From Mycobacteriales bacterium (GTDB taxonomy: Bacteria; Actinomycetota; Actinomycetes; JAFAQI01), in the NCBI GenBank assembly GCA_035695245.1, contig DASSEQ010000265.1, positions 2,296 to 66,295 on the forward strand: DNA of 64,000 bases, read 5' to 3'. How positions within the stretch are numbered: the first letter of the stretch is position 1; each line of letters opens with the position of its first letter. Below are positions 9,801-18,814 of the stretch, one piece after another. The notes under the pieces are model-generated. The model was not told the origin of the DNA, made no database searches, and saw nothing but the letters and a program-made list of their open reading frames with translations. The position numbers and the translations under genes are program-made.

Positions 9801-10550
9801 CTCGATCATGTCGACCTCGCTCTGCACAAGCACGAGATCCTCGGTCTCATCGGTCACAACGGCGCCGGGAAGACGACGCTGTTCGACGTCATCTGCGGGT
9901 TTCTGCCGAGCGACCGCGGACGGGTGTTGTTCGGCGGCGCACCGATGGATGCCTTCCCGCCGTCAGATCGCGCCTTCCTCGGGCTCGGCCGTTCGTTCCA
10001 GGAAGCACGGCTCTACCCCTCGTTGACGGTCGAAGAGACGATCGCCGTCGCCTTCGAGCGACACCTGTTCTCACGCGACGTCGTCGCTGCCGGTCTTCGG
10101 CTGCCTGCCTCGACGCTGTCCGAGATGGCCGTCGCACAACGAGTCGGCGAGCTCATCGAGCAGCTCGGACTCGGCCGCTACGCCGAGTCGCTCGTCGGCC
10201 AGCTCTCCACCGGCACGCGACGGATCGTCGAGCTCGGGTGTGTCCTCGCCCAGGATCCCGCGGTGCTGCTTCTCGACGAGCCGACGGGAGGCGTCGCGCA
10301 GAAGGAGACCGAAGCGCTGGGCCCGCTGCTGCGTCAGGTGCGGGAGGAGACCGGCTGCGCCATGCTCGTCATCGAGCACGACATGCCGCTGCTGACGTCA
10401 CTGTGCGACCGACTGGTCGCCCTCGAGCTCGGTCAGGTCATCGCCGAAGGGGCACCGGCGGCTGTGCTCGAACACCCGCGGGTGATCGAGTCCTACCTCG
10501 GCACCGACGCAGCGGCAACCAACAGGTCCGGGGCGCTCGCGAACACCTAG
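6852..10550 (+). CDS. fused branched-chain-amino-acid-type ABC importer: permease(LivH-like)-permease(LivM-like)-ATPase(LivF-like)-ATPase(LivG-like)
   Basis: A single 1232-aa ORF. Two polytopic permease domains are followed by two ABC ATPase domains, with Walker A GTNGAGKST and GHNGAGKTT and signatures LSGGEQQML and LSTGTRRIV. Confidence 0.85.
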   Translation: MNRAVELLRRSRPLTIGGAIVVALLVAMLASPGRVPFGIALQGALYGTTTGLLGIGLVLTYRSDRIVNFSYGAMGGVGASVGVLLYLGKHWNYLICIFIGLAVGGLVGAGTEMFVIRRFARAPRLILTVATIGLAQVLGGIQLLLPKWLSAPALVGGFKTPLSGPHLNVGPVLFTGDALLVVAVVPVAILLLAYFLLRTDAGVAIRAIADNRDRAMLVGVPIRRLATVVWIVAGVLAALTTLLSAPTAGLTINAAAGPTLLLPALAAAVIAGMESLPIAFVAGTGLGVLDAVVRWNFTKQSVSTVAFLIVILLALLGQRESGRRENAEDSSLSTAAAAVTQIPSALRRLPEVVAGRVIGLTLLGILVIAVPAAASESTVRIFSVGVIYAIVAVSLVVLSGWAGEISLGQYALVGIGGVVAGNMITHWNVDFFVCLVCAATAGAVLAVLVGLPALRIRGLFLAVTTLALAVAADAFFFNPTNFASLIPSSIDRPILWKRFDLTNERALYYLCLAMLVLTIVVVRGLRQARAGRVMLATRDNPRAAAAMAVPTTRIKLLCFVISGAIAGMAGGLHALILQSIGFGTYQPSESLLVFSMVVIGGLGSIGGALLGVLAIECAVHLFPQYQLVITGTGLLLVLLLLPGGLASALTALRDRLLTLVARRHGIDLTPTAAGATDVDAAVEPVSVEHLADSDTLFHCRGVEVKYGAMQVLFGADLEVREGEIVALLGTNGAGKSTLLKAIAGLVPPSGGRVVFAGQDVTSASTQRKATTGLAMMPAKSVFPSLTVDENLRIAAWLVRGDAAAAEAARDEVRDLFPVLRERRGQVAGNLSGGEQQMLSLAMALMTRPRLLLIDELSLGLAPTIVGRLLGVVRQLVERGVTVVIVEQSVNVALELAERAVFLEKGQVRFSGRTADLLARPDVLRSVFIAGAATVEQPKKPARGRGRARTAPAQRTALEIAQTEPQPIVLECQSVVKDFGGVRALDHVDLALHKHEILGLIGHNGAGKTTLFDVICGFLPSDRGRVLFGGAPMDAFPPSDRAFLGLGRSFQEARLYPSLTVEETIAVAFERHLFSRDVVAAGLRLPASTLSEMAVAQRVGELIEQLGLGRYAESLVGQLSTGTRRIVELGCVLAQDPAVLLLDEPTGGVAQKETEALGPLLRQVREETGCAMLVIEHDMPLLTSLCDRLVALELGQVIAEGAPAAVLEHPRVIESYLGTDAAATNRSGALANT

Positions 10551-10559
10551 GGTTACGTC

Positions 10560-11996
10560 GTGTCTCACCCGGGCTCGCAGCGCGCTCTACGACAACCGCG
10601 GGTGCGCACACCGCGACCGTTGCTCGGACACCGGCTGCCTTCGGGCCGAGGAGCGACGGAGCAACCCAACGCCGCCGGCGACGCCGAAACCCCACTAACG
10701 GCAACCTTCTGGCTTCTTGTCATCGCGACCGGGATCGCGACAGGGTTGCTCGGCGCATTCATGATGTGGCTGCTGCACGGGGTGCAACATCTTGCCTTTG
10801 GTTACTCCTCCGGCACCTTCGGTCCGGGGGTCCGTCACGCCGCACCGGGGCGCCGGCTGCTCGCGCTCGTCCTTGCCGGCGCATTTGCGGGCGTCGCGTG
10901 GTTCTGGCTGCGACGGCTGACGGCGGCGGAGAGCTCAGACCTCGACGACCAGATCTGGACGGGCGACGGCACGCTGTCGTTTCGCCGGTCGCTGGGCACG
11001 TCGGTGCTGTCGGAGGTCGTCGTGGGCGCGGGTGCCTCGCTCGGGCGCGAGGCCGCCCCGAAGTTGATGGGCGGCGCTGCTGCCAGTGCGCTCGCGCGGT
11101 GGCGCGGACTGAGCGTCTCGCAGCGGCGGCTGCTGGTGGCGTGCGGCGGTGGCGCTGGAATGGGCGCGGTCTACAACGTGCCTCTCGGCGGCGCGCTGAT
11201 CACGGCGGAGCTTCTCTACGGAAGCTTGGCCCTCCCGGTCATCCTGCCCGCGCTGGCCTGTTCGTGGATCGCCACCGCGGTGTCGTGGGTCTATCTGCCG
11301 ACGGCTGCGACGTACGCCGATCTGCCGTCGTACCCGTTACGTGCGACGGTTGTCGTCTTTGCGCTTGTCGTCGGGCCGATCATCGGTCTGCTCTCCGTCG
11401 GGTACATCCGGCTGATCGGCTGGGTGTCGCACTACCGTGCCTCGGGCCGGATCTTGCTCGTCGCGCCGCTGGCGGCATTCTTCGTGCTCGGACTGGTCGC
11501 TCTTGCCTACCCGCAGGTGCTGGGCAACGGAAAGGACCTCGCGCACACGGCATTCCTGTCGCACGGTGGCGAGACTTTTGCGCTGGTGCTCGTCTTGTTC
11601 GCGTTGAAGCCGCTCGTGACCGCTATGTGTCTCGGCAGCGGTGTCACGGGTGGTCTGTTCACCCCGACGATGAGCACCGGAGCGATCCTCGGCGTCGTGC
11701 TCGGCAAGATCTGGGTGCAGATGTGGCCCGGCAGCCCGGTCGGCGCGTTCGCCATCGTCGCCGCCGCAGCAGCAATCGGGGCGGCGATGCAAACGCCGCT
11801 CTCCGCCTTGGCGTTGATGATCGAGCTGACCCGCACGACGGACACGCTCATTGTCCCGATGATCGCGGCGACGGTGTTGGCGACGATGGTGGCGCGCTAT
11901 CTCGATGGCTACTCGATCTACTCCTCGCGCCTGCCGGCCCCGACCGCACCGGAGCGACTGCACGGCGACTCCGAGGCGGGCGGCGAGCGCCTATGA
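10560..11996 (+). CDS. ClC-family voltage-gated chloride channel / H+-Cl- antiporter
   Basis: ClC selectivity motifs GREAAP and GGLFTP, about 10 TM helices. The start codon is uncertain (GTG at 10560). Confidence 0.8.
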   Translation: MSHPGSQRALRQPRVRTPRPLLGHRLPSGRGATEQPNAAGDAETPLTATFWLLVIATGIATGLLGAFMMWLLHGVQHLAFGYSSGTFGPGVRHAAPGRRLLALVLAGAFAGVAWFWLRRLTAAESSDLDDQIWTGDGTLSFRRSLGTSVLSEVVVGAGASLGREAAPKLMGGAAASALARWRGLSVSQRRLLVACGGGAGMGAVYNVPLGGALITAELLYGSLALPVILPALACSWIATAVSWVYLPTAATYADLPSYPLRATVVVFALVVGPIIGLLSVGYIRLIGWVSHYRASGRILLVAPLAAFFVLGLVALAYPQVLGNGKDLAHTAFLSHGGETFALVLVLFALKPLVTAMCLGSGVTGGLFTPTMSTGAILGVVLGKIWVQMWPGSPVGAFAIVAAAAAIGAAMQTPLSALALMIELTRTTDTLIVPMIAATVLATMVARYLDGYSIYSSRLPAPTAPERLHGDSEAGGERL

Positions 11997-11999
11997 CGG

Positions 12000-13496
12000 C
12001 TACCTGGCGCTGACCAGTCGCGTCGGTGCCGCTCGGCCGCGCAGCACCGTCTCGCCGGCGGACTCCCAATGCGCGCACTCAGCAGGATCTGCGGTGTCGA
12101 GCACAGCGGCGCTCACGAGCACGCGTTCCGGCCGCGTCTTTGCCAGCTCGCTGAGCCGGGCTGCTTCGTTCACCGGATCGCCAATGACCGTGAACTCGAA
12201 ACGCTCGCGGGTGCCGACATTGCCGGCGACGACGTCCCCGGATGAGACGCCGATCGCTGCGGACAGGCCGTTGATGTCGGCAAGCCGGTCTCGCAGCAAC
12301 CTGGCGGCCAGCAGCGCGCACGTGTCGGCGTCCGCGCGAGGCACAGGAGCGCCGAAGACACAGAGCGCGGCATCACCCTCGAACTTGTTGACGATCCCGC
12401 CGGTGCGGTCGACGACATCGACGACGACCGCGAAGAACTCGTTGAGCGCCGAGACGACGGCGGTCGGCGGCAGCGTTGTTGCGAGCGCAGTCGAGCCGAT
12501 CACATCGACAAAGAGAACAGCGGCATGCACCTGATCGCCGCCGAGCCTGATGCCGCGTTCCAGCGCGTGCCGGGCAACATCCTCACCAACCTGACGGCCA
12601 AACAGGTCGCGCAGCCGGCGCCGCTCGCGCAGCCCTTCGACCATCGCGTTGAACCCGGCCTGCAACTGCCCGATCTGGCTGCCGTCGTATACCGGCACGG
12701 CGATGTCGAGCCGACCCGCCTCCACATCGGCGAGGGCGGCGGTCACTGACTCAACCGGATCCGCGACCGAGCGAGCGGCTACGCCCATCGCCGCAGCTCC
12801 CGAGAGCAATGCAACGACGCCGAGGAACGCAAGGGCGGCCGGAGAGATCGGCTTGTCGCCATGATCGAAGGCCATCAGGATGATGCCGATGATCGGCACC
12901 GCCGATCCAATCAGCCATGACAGCAACAGTCTCGACTTGACGCCGGGTATGTAGGGGTCGGTGGGCACACCCTCGGCGAACGCAAGGGCGTTGAGTGGAC
13001 GCAGAATGCGTTCGGCCAGCAGGTAGGTGAGACCGCTCGTGGTAATCGCGCCGAGCAGGATCGTCGACGCGACATCGGAGACGAAGCGCGAGCCGAATCT
13101 CGTGTTCAGCGGCAGGAACAACGCCTCCGAACCCATCCACATCGTGAAGTTGATGACTGTCTGCCGCAGTGGATGGCGCACCACGTAGGTGCGCAGCGAG
13201 GTGCTCAGCGGCTCGCCTTCGACAACCCAACGATGGATGGGTGAGAAGGCCCGGGCACCCCAGGTGCAGCCCATCAGCAACGAGAAGAACATGTACGCGA
13301 TCAAAGCGACGACGTTGGCGGTGTCCTGCCGCTCGTTGGCCGGTAAGAGCAAGCCGAGAAACAGGAACACAACAGCCGCGCCGACGATGTTGGCAGCACC
13401 CATCGAAGCACCGAAGCGCAACTCGATCCGTGCCATCAACGCTTTGCGCTCGGCGGACACGACCGCGCCGGCGATGCCGTGCGCTGCCGCGGTCAT
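12000..13496 (-). CDS. membrane-anchored class III adenylate cyclase with HAMP domain
   Basis: Six N-terminal TM helices, a HAMP-like linker (AVPVYDGSQIGQLQAGFNAMVEGLR) and a cyclase catalytic domain (LFVDVIGSTALA ... KFEGDAALCVFGAP). Confidence 0.85.
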   Translation of the reverse strand: MTAAAHGIAGAVVSAERKALMARIELRFGASMGAANIVGAAVVFLFLGLLLPANERQDTANVVALIAYMFFSLLMGCTWGARAFSPIHRWVVEGEPLSTSLRTYVVRHPLRQTVINFTMWMGSEALFLPLNTRFGSRFVSDVASTILLGAITTSGLTYLLAERILRPLNALAFAEGVPTDPYIPGVKSRLLLSWLIGSAVPIIGIILMAFDHGDKPISPAALAFLGVVALLSGAAAMGVAARSVADPVESVTAALADVEAGRLDIAVPVYDGSQIGQLQAGFNAMVEGLRERRRLRDLFGRQVGEDVARHALERGIRLGGDQVHAAVLFVDVIGSTALATTLPPTAVVSALNEFFAVVVDVVDRTGGIVNKFEGDAALCVFGAPVPRADADTCALLAARLLRDRLADINGLSAAIGVSSGDVVAGNVGTRERFEFTVIGDPVNEAARLSELAKTRPERVLVSAAVLDTADPAECAHWESAGETVLRGRAAPTRLVSAR

Positions 13497-13540
13497 GTTG
13501 GCAGTGTGACAGGCGTCATCTCACGGCGCTGTGGGCGAAA

Positions 13541-14605
13541 TCACAAGAGCGTCGCCGTATGGCGTCCGGCAGCTGCCGCAGCGAGGAAGTACGCCGGATC
13601 GTCACCGAGACCGCGGCCCATCGTTGTCAGCGCCACCGGCGTCTCGGACAGTCGGTCATGCAGACCGTCGACATCCACCTCGACGAGGCGGTGCCGCGCC
13701 GCCAACGGTGCGCAGGCCGCCCGCACGTCGGCGCCGAACTGTCCGTCGAGCACGGGTACGACGACATCCGCCGGCAACAACGCGACGCGTCCGAGCGCAG
13801 TGAGCGTGTGATGTGAGACGCCTCGATGACGCGGGCGGTCATCGACCGCAGAAACTCGCAACGCAGCGACCGGGCGACCACCTACCGTCGCGGTTGCGTT
13901 GATCGCTTCTCCGGTGGCAACGCCGCTGAAGCCCCAGCGCGTGCCGGTCCCGAGATTGCCGGGACCTTGCGTCACCACCACGACGTCCGCGCCTAGCACG
14001 AGCCGCGCGGCGAGCAGGCCGGAATGCAACGTGACCGCCTCGAGGTCGCCGCCGAATGATTGCCCGACGGTGACCGTCGCCGTCAACCAACCGGCTTCGC
14101 GCAGCGGTGGGACGGTGCGGGAGAACCACAGTGGCAGCGCACCACCATCACTCATCAGGTAGACGACGCGAGCTTGCGGCGCGCGCTCGCGCAACCCGGC
14201 GAGCACTGCTGGCAACGCTGAATGCAAGTCCGCGACGACGACCGGCATGCCGCCGACGTCGTCAGCATCGCGGAGCAGCGAGTGATGTGCAGAGCCTTGT
14301 TCGTCGGCGGCGAGCACGGTCGCTTGCATTGGCGAGTAGCGCGCCTTGACGACATGACCAGGCTCGTCGGCATCCACCGGTAGCCGGTCGGGCAGCGCGA
14401 CCACGAGCGCGTAACCACCGGTGCCGAGACCGAGAGTCAAAGCCGTCACGTTGAGCAGGACGCGGTCGCCGACCTGCGGTGCGCCGACCAGACGCGGATA
14501 TGCAAGCGCCGGGACATCGCCCTCGCCAGTGGTCGCAACCAGCTCGACAACGTCGGCGTTCGCCGTAACGACCGTCGCGACCCGAGCGTCGCGCCAGCGA
14601 ATCAC
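13541..14605 (-). CDS. DUF3866-like conserved actinobacterial protein
   Basis: 354 aa, no recognisable catalytic motif. The family assignment comes from memory of overall composition, so it is tentative. Confidence 0.5.
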   Translation of the reverse strand: MIRWRDARVATVVTANADVVELVATTGEGDVPALAYPRLVGAPQVGDRVLLNVTALTLGLGTGGYALVVALPDRLPVDADEPGHVVKARYSPMQATVLAADEQGSAHHSLLRDADDVGGMPVVVADLHSALPAVLAGLRERAPQARVVYLMSDGGALPLWFSRTVPPLREAGWLTATVTVGQSFGGDLEAVTLHSGLLAARLVLGADVVVVTQGPGNLGTGTRWGFSGVATGEAINATATVGGRPVAALRVSAVDDRPRHRGVSHHTLTALGRVALLPADVVVPVLDGQFGADVRAACAPLAARHRLVEVDVDGLHDRLSETPVALTTMGRGLGDDPAYFLAAAAAGRHTATLL

Positions 14606-14740
14606 GTCCGCACCCTATGCGCGGCAGCACGACTCGTGGTGGATCGCATGGCCGCGTCGAGGGGGCGCGGAAGCGACGTCCCCGCGCCATTGCTTCCGCT
14701 GACGGGTCGTTTGGCTTGGCGAGCCGGCCCGTCGGTCGGG

Positions 14741-16360
14741 TCAGTAGATGGCGCGATGCGCCGCGCGCAGTGCGGCCCGTCGTACCGGGCCGGCAATGCC
14801 CGCGTTGCGCAACGCCGACGTGGCGGCGATGGCCCCGGGGCCGCCGTGCACGCCGCCGCCGGGATGGGCGGAAGCCGAGGCGAGGTAGAGCCGCCCGACC
14901 GGGAGCTCGGGGCGGCCCAACCCGGGGACGGGCCGCCAAAACAGCTGCTGGTGGACGGCCGCGCTCCCGCCGTTGACGGCGCCGAGGTGCAGGTCGAGGT
15001 CTGCGGCCTGCAGATCGAGTGGCCCGAAGACGTGGCGCGCGATGACCTTGCTCCGAAAACCGGGCGCGTGCCGCTCGACCTCGGACTCGAGCCGCTCGAC
15101 CACCGCCTGGACCTCACGCTCATCCCAGCGGCCGGTGATGCCGTCGTTGCCGGCATCGGCCCGCACCCGCTGCGGCAGGTGCGTGTAGCCCCAAGCCGAC
15201 TCGGTGCCGGCCGGCGATCGGGTGGCATCCGCCGTGGTCATCTGGCCGAGCACGACGTACGGGCGGGAGGGCACCGCCCCCATCGCGAGCTGGTGCGCGT
15301 AGCTGCTCAGCTCGTCGATGCTGCCACCGAGGTGCACGGTGCCGGCAAGCCCGCATTCGGGGTCGCGCCACGGGATCGGCGCGGACAGTGCCCAGTCGAC
15401 CTTGAGTGTCGCGTTGTCCCACTGGAAGCGGCGAACATCGTCGACGATCCGCGCCGGCAGGTGCTCAGGTCCGACGAGGTCGCGGAGCAGCTGTGGTGCG
15501 TCGACAGCTGCGAGCACCGCCCGGGCCGCTCCCACCGCGGTGCCGTCCGCAGTGCGCACCCCTACCGCCCGGCCACCGCGCACGTCGATGCGGGCGACAC
15601 GCACACCACAGTGCAGATCACCGCCTCGGGCTCGAAGCCGGTCAACGAGAGCCTCGGTCAGCTTGCCGGCACCACCGACAGGGACGGGAAACCCGATCGT
15701 CTGGCCGAGCATGGACAACAGCCAGCCGAAGACCGCACTCCCGGCCGCATCCGGCCCGAGGTCGGTGTGAAAGGCGTTGCCGGCGACCAGCGAGGTCGCG
15801 CCGACACCGGTGAAGCACTCCTCGCCCCACCGCCGAAGCGGCTGCACGAAGAACCGGGCGAACCTCAACAGCTCGGCCAGGCCCAGCTGGCGAACCAGCC
15901 CTACTGAAGGGGCAACCGGAGGGAAGGGGCGGAAGAGTGCGTTGATGAAAGGGTCACGAATGCTGTCGAACCGATCGACAAGGTCGATCCACGCATCACC
16001 ATCGCCCGCTCCGAACTTCTCCAGGTTGGCGGCAGTGGCGGACGGGTCGCGATGCAGGAGGGCGGTCCTCTCGGCGTCGACGGGGTGAGCAACCACCGTC
16101 GGTGCTTGCGTCCAGCGGAGTCCCCAGCGCTCCAGATCCAGTGCGGAGATGACGGGGGACGCCACAGCGAGGGGATAGACCGCGCTGAAGAGGTCGTTGA
16201 CGAACCCGGGGGCGGTGACCTCAGCCGACTTGACCGCGCCGCCGGGGCTGTCCGCCGCCTCCAGGACGGTGACCGACCAGCCGGCGTCGGCGAGCATGTT
16301 TGCCGCGACGAGCCCATTGACGCCCGCGCCCACGACAACTGCGTCCGTCACCTTGTGCAC
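14741..16360 (-). CDS. phytoene-desaturase-family FAD/NAD(P)-dependent oxidoreductase (CrtI-like)
   Basis: N-terminal dinucleotide-binding motif VVVGAGVNGLVAANMLADAGWSVTVLEA, 539 aa. Confidence 0.8.
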   Translation of the reverse strand: MHKVTDAVVVGAGVNGLVAANMLADAGWSVTVLEAADSPGGAVKSAEVTAPGFVNDLFSAVYPLAVASPVISALDLERWGLRWTQAPTVVAHPVDAERTALLHRDPSATAANLEKFGAGDGDAWIDLVDRFDSIRDPFINALFRPFPPVAPSVGLVRQLGLAELLRFARFFVQPLRRWGEECFTGVGATSLVAGNAFHTDLGPDAAGSAVFGWLLSMLGQTIGFPVPVGGAGKLTEALVDRLRARGGDLHCGVRVARIDVRGGRAVGVRTADGTAVGAARAVLAAVDAPQLLRDLVGPEHLPARIVDDVRRFQWDNATLKVDWALSAPIPWRDPECGLAGTVHLGGSIDELSSYAHQLAMGAVPSRPYVVLGQMTTADATRSPAGTESAWGYTHLPQRVRADAGNDGITGRWDEREVQAVVERLESEVERHAPGFRSKVIARHVFGPLDLQAADLDLHLGAVNGGSAAVHQQLFWRPVPGLGRPELPVGRLYLASASAHPGGGVHGGPGAIAATSALRNAGIAGPVRRAALRAAHRAIY

Positions 16361-16413
16361 CTCCCCGCGTCGCCGCCACCGGAACCCGCCTTCCGCCGGT
16401 AGCGTGACGCACC

Positions 16414-17364
16414 GTGTCGTCCCGGCGGACCGAGCGGTTGCTCAACCTTGTCATCTGCCTGCTGCACACCCGGTCGTTCCTGACTGCCGAGCGCATCCGC
16501 GAGCTCGTCCCCGGCTACGACGATGCGCCGTCGGAGGATGCCTTCAAGCGCGCCTTCGAGCGCGACAAGGAAGATCTTCGCGACCTCGGCATCCCGCTGG
16601 AGACCGGCACCAACAGCGCGTTCGACGATGAGCCCGGCTACCGCATCGCCAGGCGCGACTACGCGCTGCCTGAGGTTCGCCTCGAGGCGGACGAGGCCGC
16701 CGCGGTCGGGCTGGCTGCGCGGATGTGGACGTCGGCGACCATGGGCGCGGCCGCGACCCGGGCGCTTCGCAAGCTCGAAGCGGCCGGCGTCGAGCTGGCG
16801 CCGCTGCCGGAGGGCCTGCAACCCCGGCTGGAGTCGACCGATGCCGCGTTTCCCGACCTGGCCGAGGCTGTGCACGACGGACGGGTGGTCACCTTCGACT
16901 ACCGCACCAGCGCCGGTGGCGACGAGTCGCGTCGCACCGTCGAGCCGTGGGGGCTCGCTTGGTGGCACGGGCGGTGGTACCTCGTCGGCCACGACCGCGA
17001 CCGAGACGCCACCCGCGTGTTCCGGCTCTCGCGCATCACCACAGCACCCGTTCCGAGCGGCCGCGCCGGCGCGGCGCACCGTCCTGAAGGCGTGGACCTC
17101 ACCGCGATCGTCGCCTCCTACGACTCGGCCGCTCCGGCGCAGAACGCCCGACTGCGAGTGCGGTCCGGCCGCGGGCTCGGCCTGCGCCGCCGCGCGGCGT
17201 CCGTCACAACCGGGGACGATGACTGGGACATCGTCGAGCTGCCTGCCCCGGACGTGTCCCGGCTCGTCGACCAGGTGCTTCCTTACGGGGCCGACGTCGT
17301 GGTCGAGCACCCACCCGAGGCGGTCGCGAGCGTCGTACGACGGCTGAAGGCGCTGGCCGGATGA
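16414..17364 (+). CDS. pafB: proteasome accessory factor PafB (HTH-WYL regulator)
   Basis: N-terminus MSSRRTERLLNLVICLLHTRSFLTAERIRELVPGY is the PafB HTH; a WYL domain follows. The gene overlaps pafC by 4 nt. Confidence 0.9.
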   Translation: MSSRRTERLLNLVICLLHTRSFLTAERIRELVPGYDDAPSEDAFKRAFERDKEDLRDLGIPLETGTNSAFDDEPGYRIARRDYALPEVRLEADEAAAVGLAARMWTSATMGAAATRALRKLEAAGVELAPLPEGLQPRLESTDAAFPDLAEAVHDGRVVTFDYRTSAGGDESRRTVEPWGLAWWHGRWYLVGHDRDRDATRVFRLSRITTAPVPSGRAGAAHRPEGVDLTAIVASYDSAAPAQNARLRVRSGRGLGLRRRAASVTTGDDDWDIVELPAPDVSRLVDQVLPYGADVVVEHPPEAVASVVRRLKALAG

Positions 17365-18323
17365 GCGGTGCAACCGAGCACCTGCCTCGGCTGTTGGCGC
17401 TGGTGCCGTGGCTCTTGGCGCACCCGGACACGCCCGTCGGGGAGGTCGCCGAGCAGTTCGGCGTGGATGAACGACAGGTGCGCCGGGACCTCGAGCTGAT
17501 CTGGATGTGCGGGCTGCCCGGGCACGGCCCGGGCGACCTGATCGACGTCATGTACGACGGCGACCGGGTCTCCCTTTCCAACGCGGACACGATCAGCCAG
17601 CCGCTGCGGCTGACCGTCGACGAGGCGCTCGCGCTGGTCGCCGCCCTGCGCACCCTGCTGGGTGTGCCAGGGCTGGTGGAGACCGACGCAGTCGACCGAG
17701 CCTTGGCAAAGCTGGAGGGCGCCGCCGGGGGAGTGGGCGACGACGTCGCCGTCGCGACCGGGGACGCAGCAGACCCCGACGTGGTCGCAAACATCCGCCA
17801 GGCCCTCGTCACCGGCCGGCGGTTGCATCTGACCTACTGGGTGCCGGCGCGCGACGAAGCCACAGAACGCGACGTCGACCCGATCCGGGTCTTCACCTCC
17901 GAAGGCGTGCCCTACCTCGTCGGCTGGTGTCGCCGTGTCGACGACCTGCGCACCTTCCGCGTCGACCGGGTGCTGTCCCTCACCACTCTCGACCTTCCGG
18001 CCGAGGTGCCGCCGGAAGCACGACAGCGTGCCCTGGACGCAGGGCTCTTCACGCCCGCCGCCGAGGACAGGATCGTCACGCTCCGGCTGGAGCCGGCGGC
18101 TCGCTGGGTGGCCGACTACTACCCGTGCGAGACGGTCGAGGAGCGAGGCGACGGCGGGCTCGTGGTCACGCTCCGTGCTCGTGATGACGCCTGGTTACGG
18201 CGCCTCGTGCTCGGCCTCGCCGGGATGGTCGAGGTCACCGCCCCGGCCGCCGTCGCGGCCGCCGTCGCGGGCGATGCTGCGGTTGCACTCGCGCAATATG
18301 CGCCGTTCGGCCCAGCCGACTAG
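17361..18323 (+). CDS. pafC: proteasome accessory factor PafC (HTH-WYL regulator)
   Basis: LPRLLALVPWLLAHPDTPVGEVAEQFGVDERQVRRDLELIWMCGLPG is the PafC signature. It is followed by tatA/tatC/helY, as in mycobacteria. Confidence 0.9.
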   Translation: MSGATEHLPRLLALVPWLLAHPDTPVGEVAEQFGVDERQVRRDLELIWMCGLPGHGPGDLIDVMYDGDRVSLSNADTISQPLRLTVDEALALVAALRTLLGVPGLVETDAVDRALAKLEGAAGGVGDDVAVATGDAADPDVVANIRQALVTGRRLHLTYWVPARDEATERDVDPIRVFTSEGVPYLVGWCRRVDDLRTFRVDRVLSLTTLDLPAEVPPEARQRALDAGLFTPAAEDRIVTLRLEPAARWVADYYPCETVEERGDGGLVVTLRARDDAWLRRLVLGLAGMVEVTAPAAVAAAVAGDAAVALAQYAPFGPAD

Positions 18324-18428
18324 TCCGCACGGACCATGTTCCGAACCATGTTCCGATTTGTCCCGTCAAGCAATCGGGAGCGGCTGCCGAAGCCTTCATC
18401 ACCCAAGTGATGAGAAGGGATCACGGCC
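18324..18428. promoter_or_regulatory. low-GC leader with palindromes and a tandem repeat
   Basis: Small inverted repeat GTCCGcaCGGAC right after the pafC stop. Tandem ACCATGTTCCGA x2. Perfect palindrome TCATCAC-ccaa-GTGATGA just upstream of the RBS GAGAAGGGA and the GTG start of the zinc-ribbon gene. Confidence 0.4.
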
Positions 18429-18761
18429 GTGACCACGATCAAGGCTTCGTGCCCCAGCTGCGGCGAGGTCGAGCTGACCAGCGCCGACATCACTCTCCGC
18501 GTCTGCAACCACGCGCCGCTGTCCTACTACGCCTTCATCTGCCCGTCCTGCGAGGACGAGGTGCGCAAGCCGGCTGACGACCACATCGTGTCCCTCCTCA
18601 TGTCCGGCGGCGTTCGCGCCCAGGTCTGGGAGGTCCCCGCCGAGGCGCTGGAGCCCAAGGCCGGTCCTGTGCTGTCGTATGACGACCTGCTCGACTTCGT
18701 GCTGCAGCTTGGCCGCGACGACATGCTCGCCGCCCGCGCCACCGCTCCCGCCCACCGCTGA
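18429..18761 (+). CDS. small zinc-ribbon protein (CPSC...CPSC), unknown function
   Basis: 110 aa with two CxxC pairs (CPSCGE ... CPSCED). Confidence 0.6.
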   Translation: MTTIKASCPSCGEVELTSADITLRVCNHAPLSYYAFICPSCEDEVRKPADDHIVSLLMSGGVRAQVWEVPAEALEPKAGPVLSYDDLLDFVLQLGRDDMLAARATAPAHR

Positions 18762-18814
18762 CCCGGACGGTCGACAACCGTCCACCGGCAAGCGCCCGCA
18801 ACTACGCTGGTGCG

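Noticed and set aside
9761-12013. 750-aa + strand ORF spanning the end of the ABC gene and all of the ClC gene.
   Set aside because: Low-complexity R/A/G-rich translation; the in-frame ClC gene (GREAAP, GGLFTP motifs) explains the region.
14636-15907. 423-aa + strand ORF antisense to the CrtI-like oxidoreductase.
   Set aside because: No motifs, whereas the minus-strand gene begins with a textbook GxGxxG FAD-binding site.
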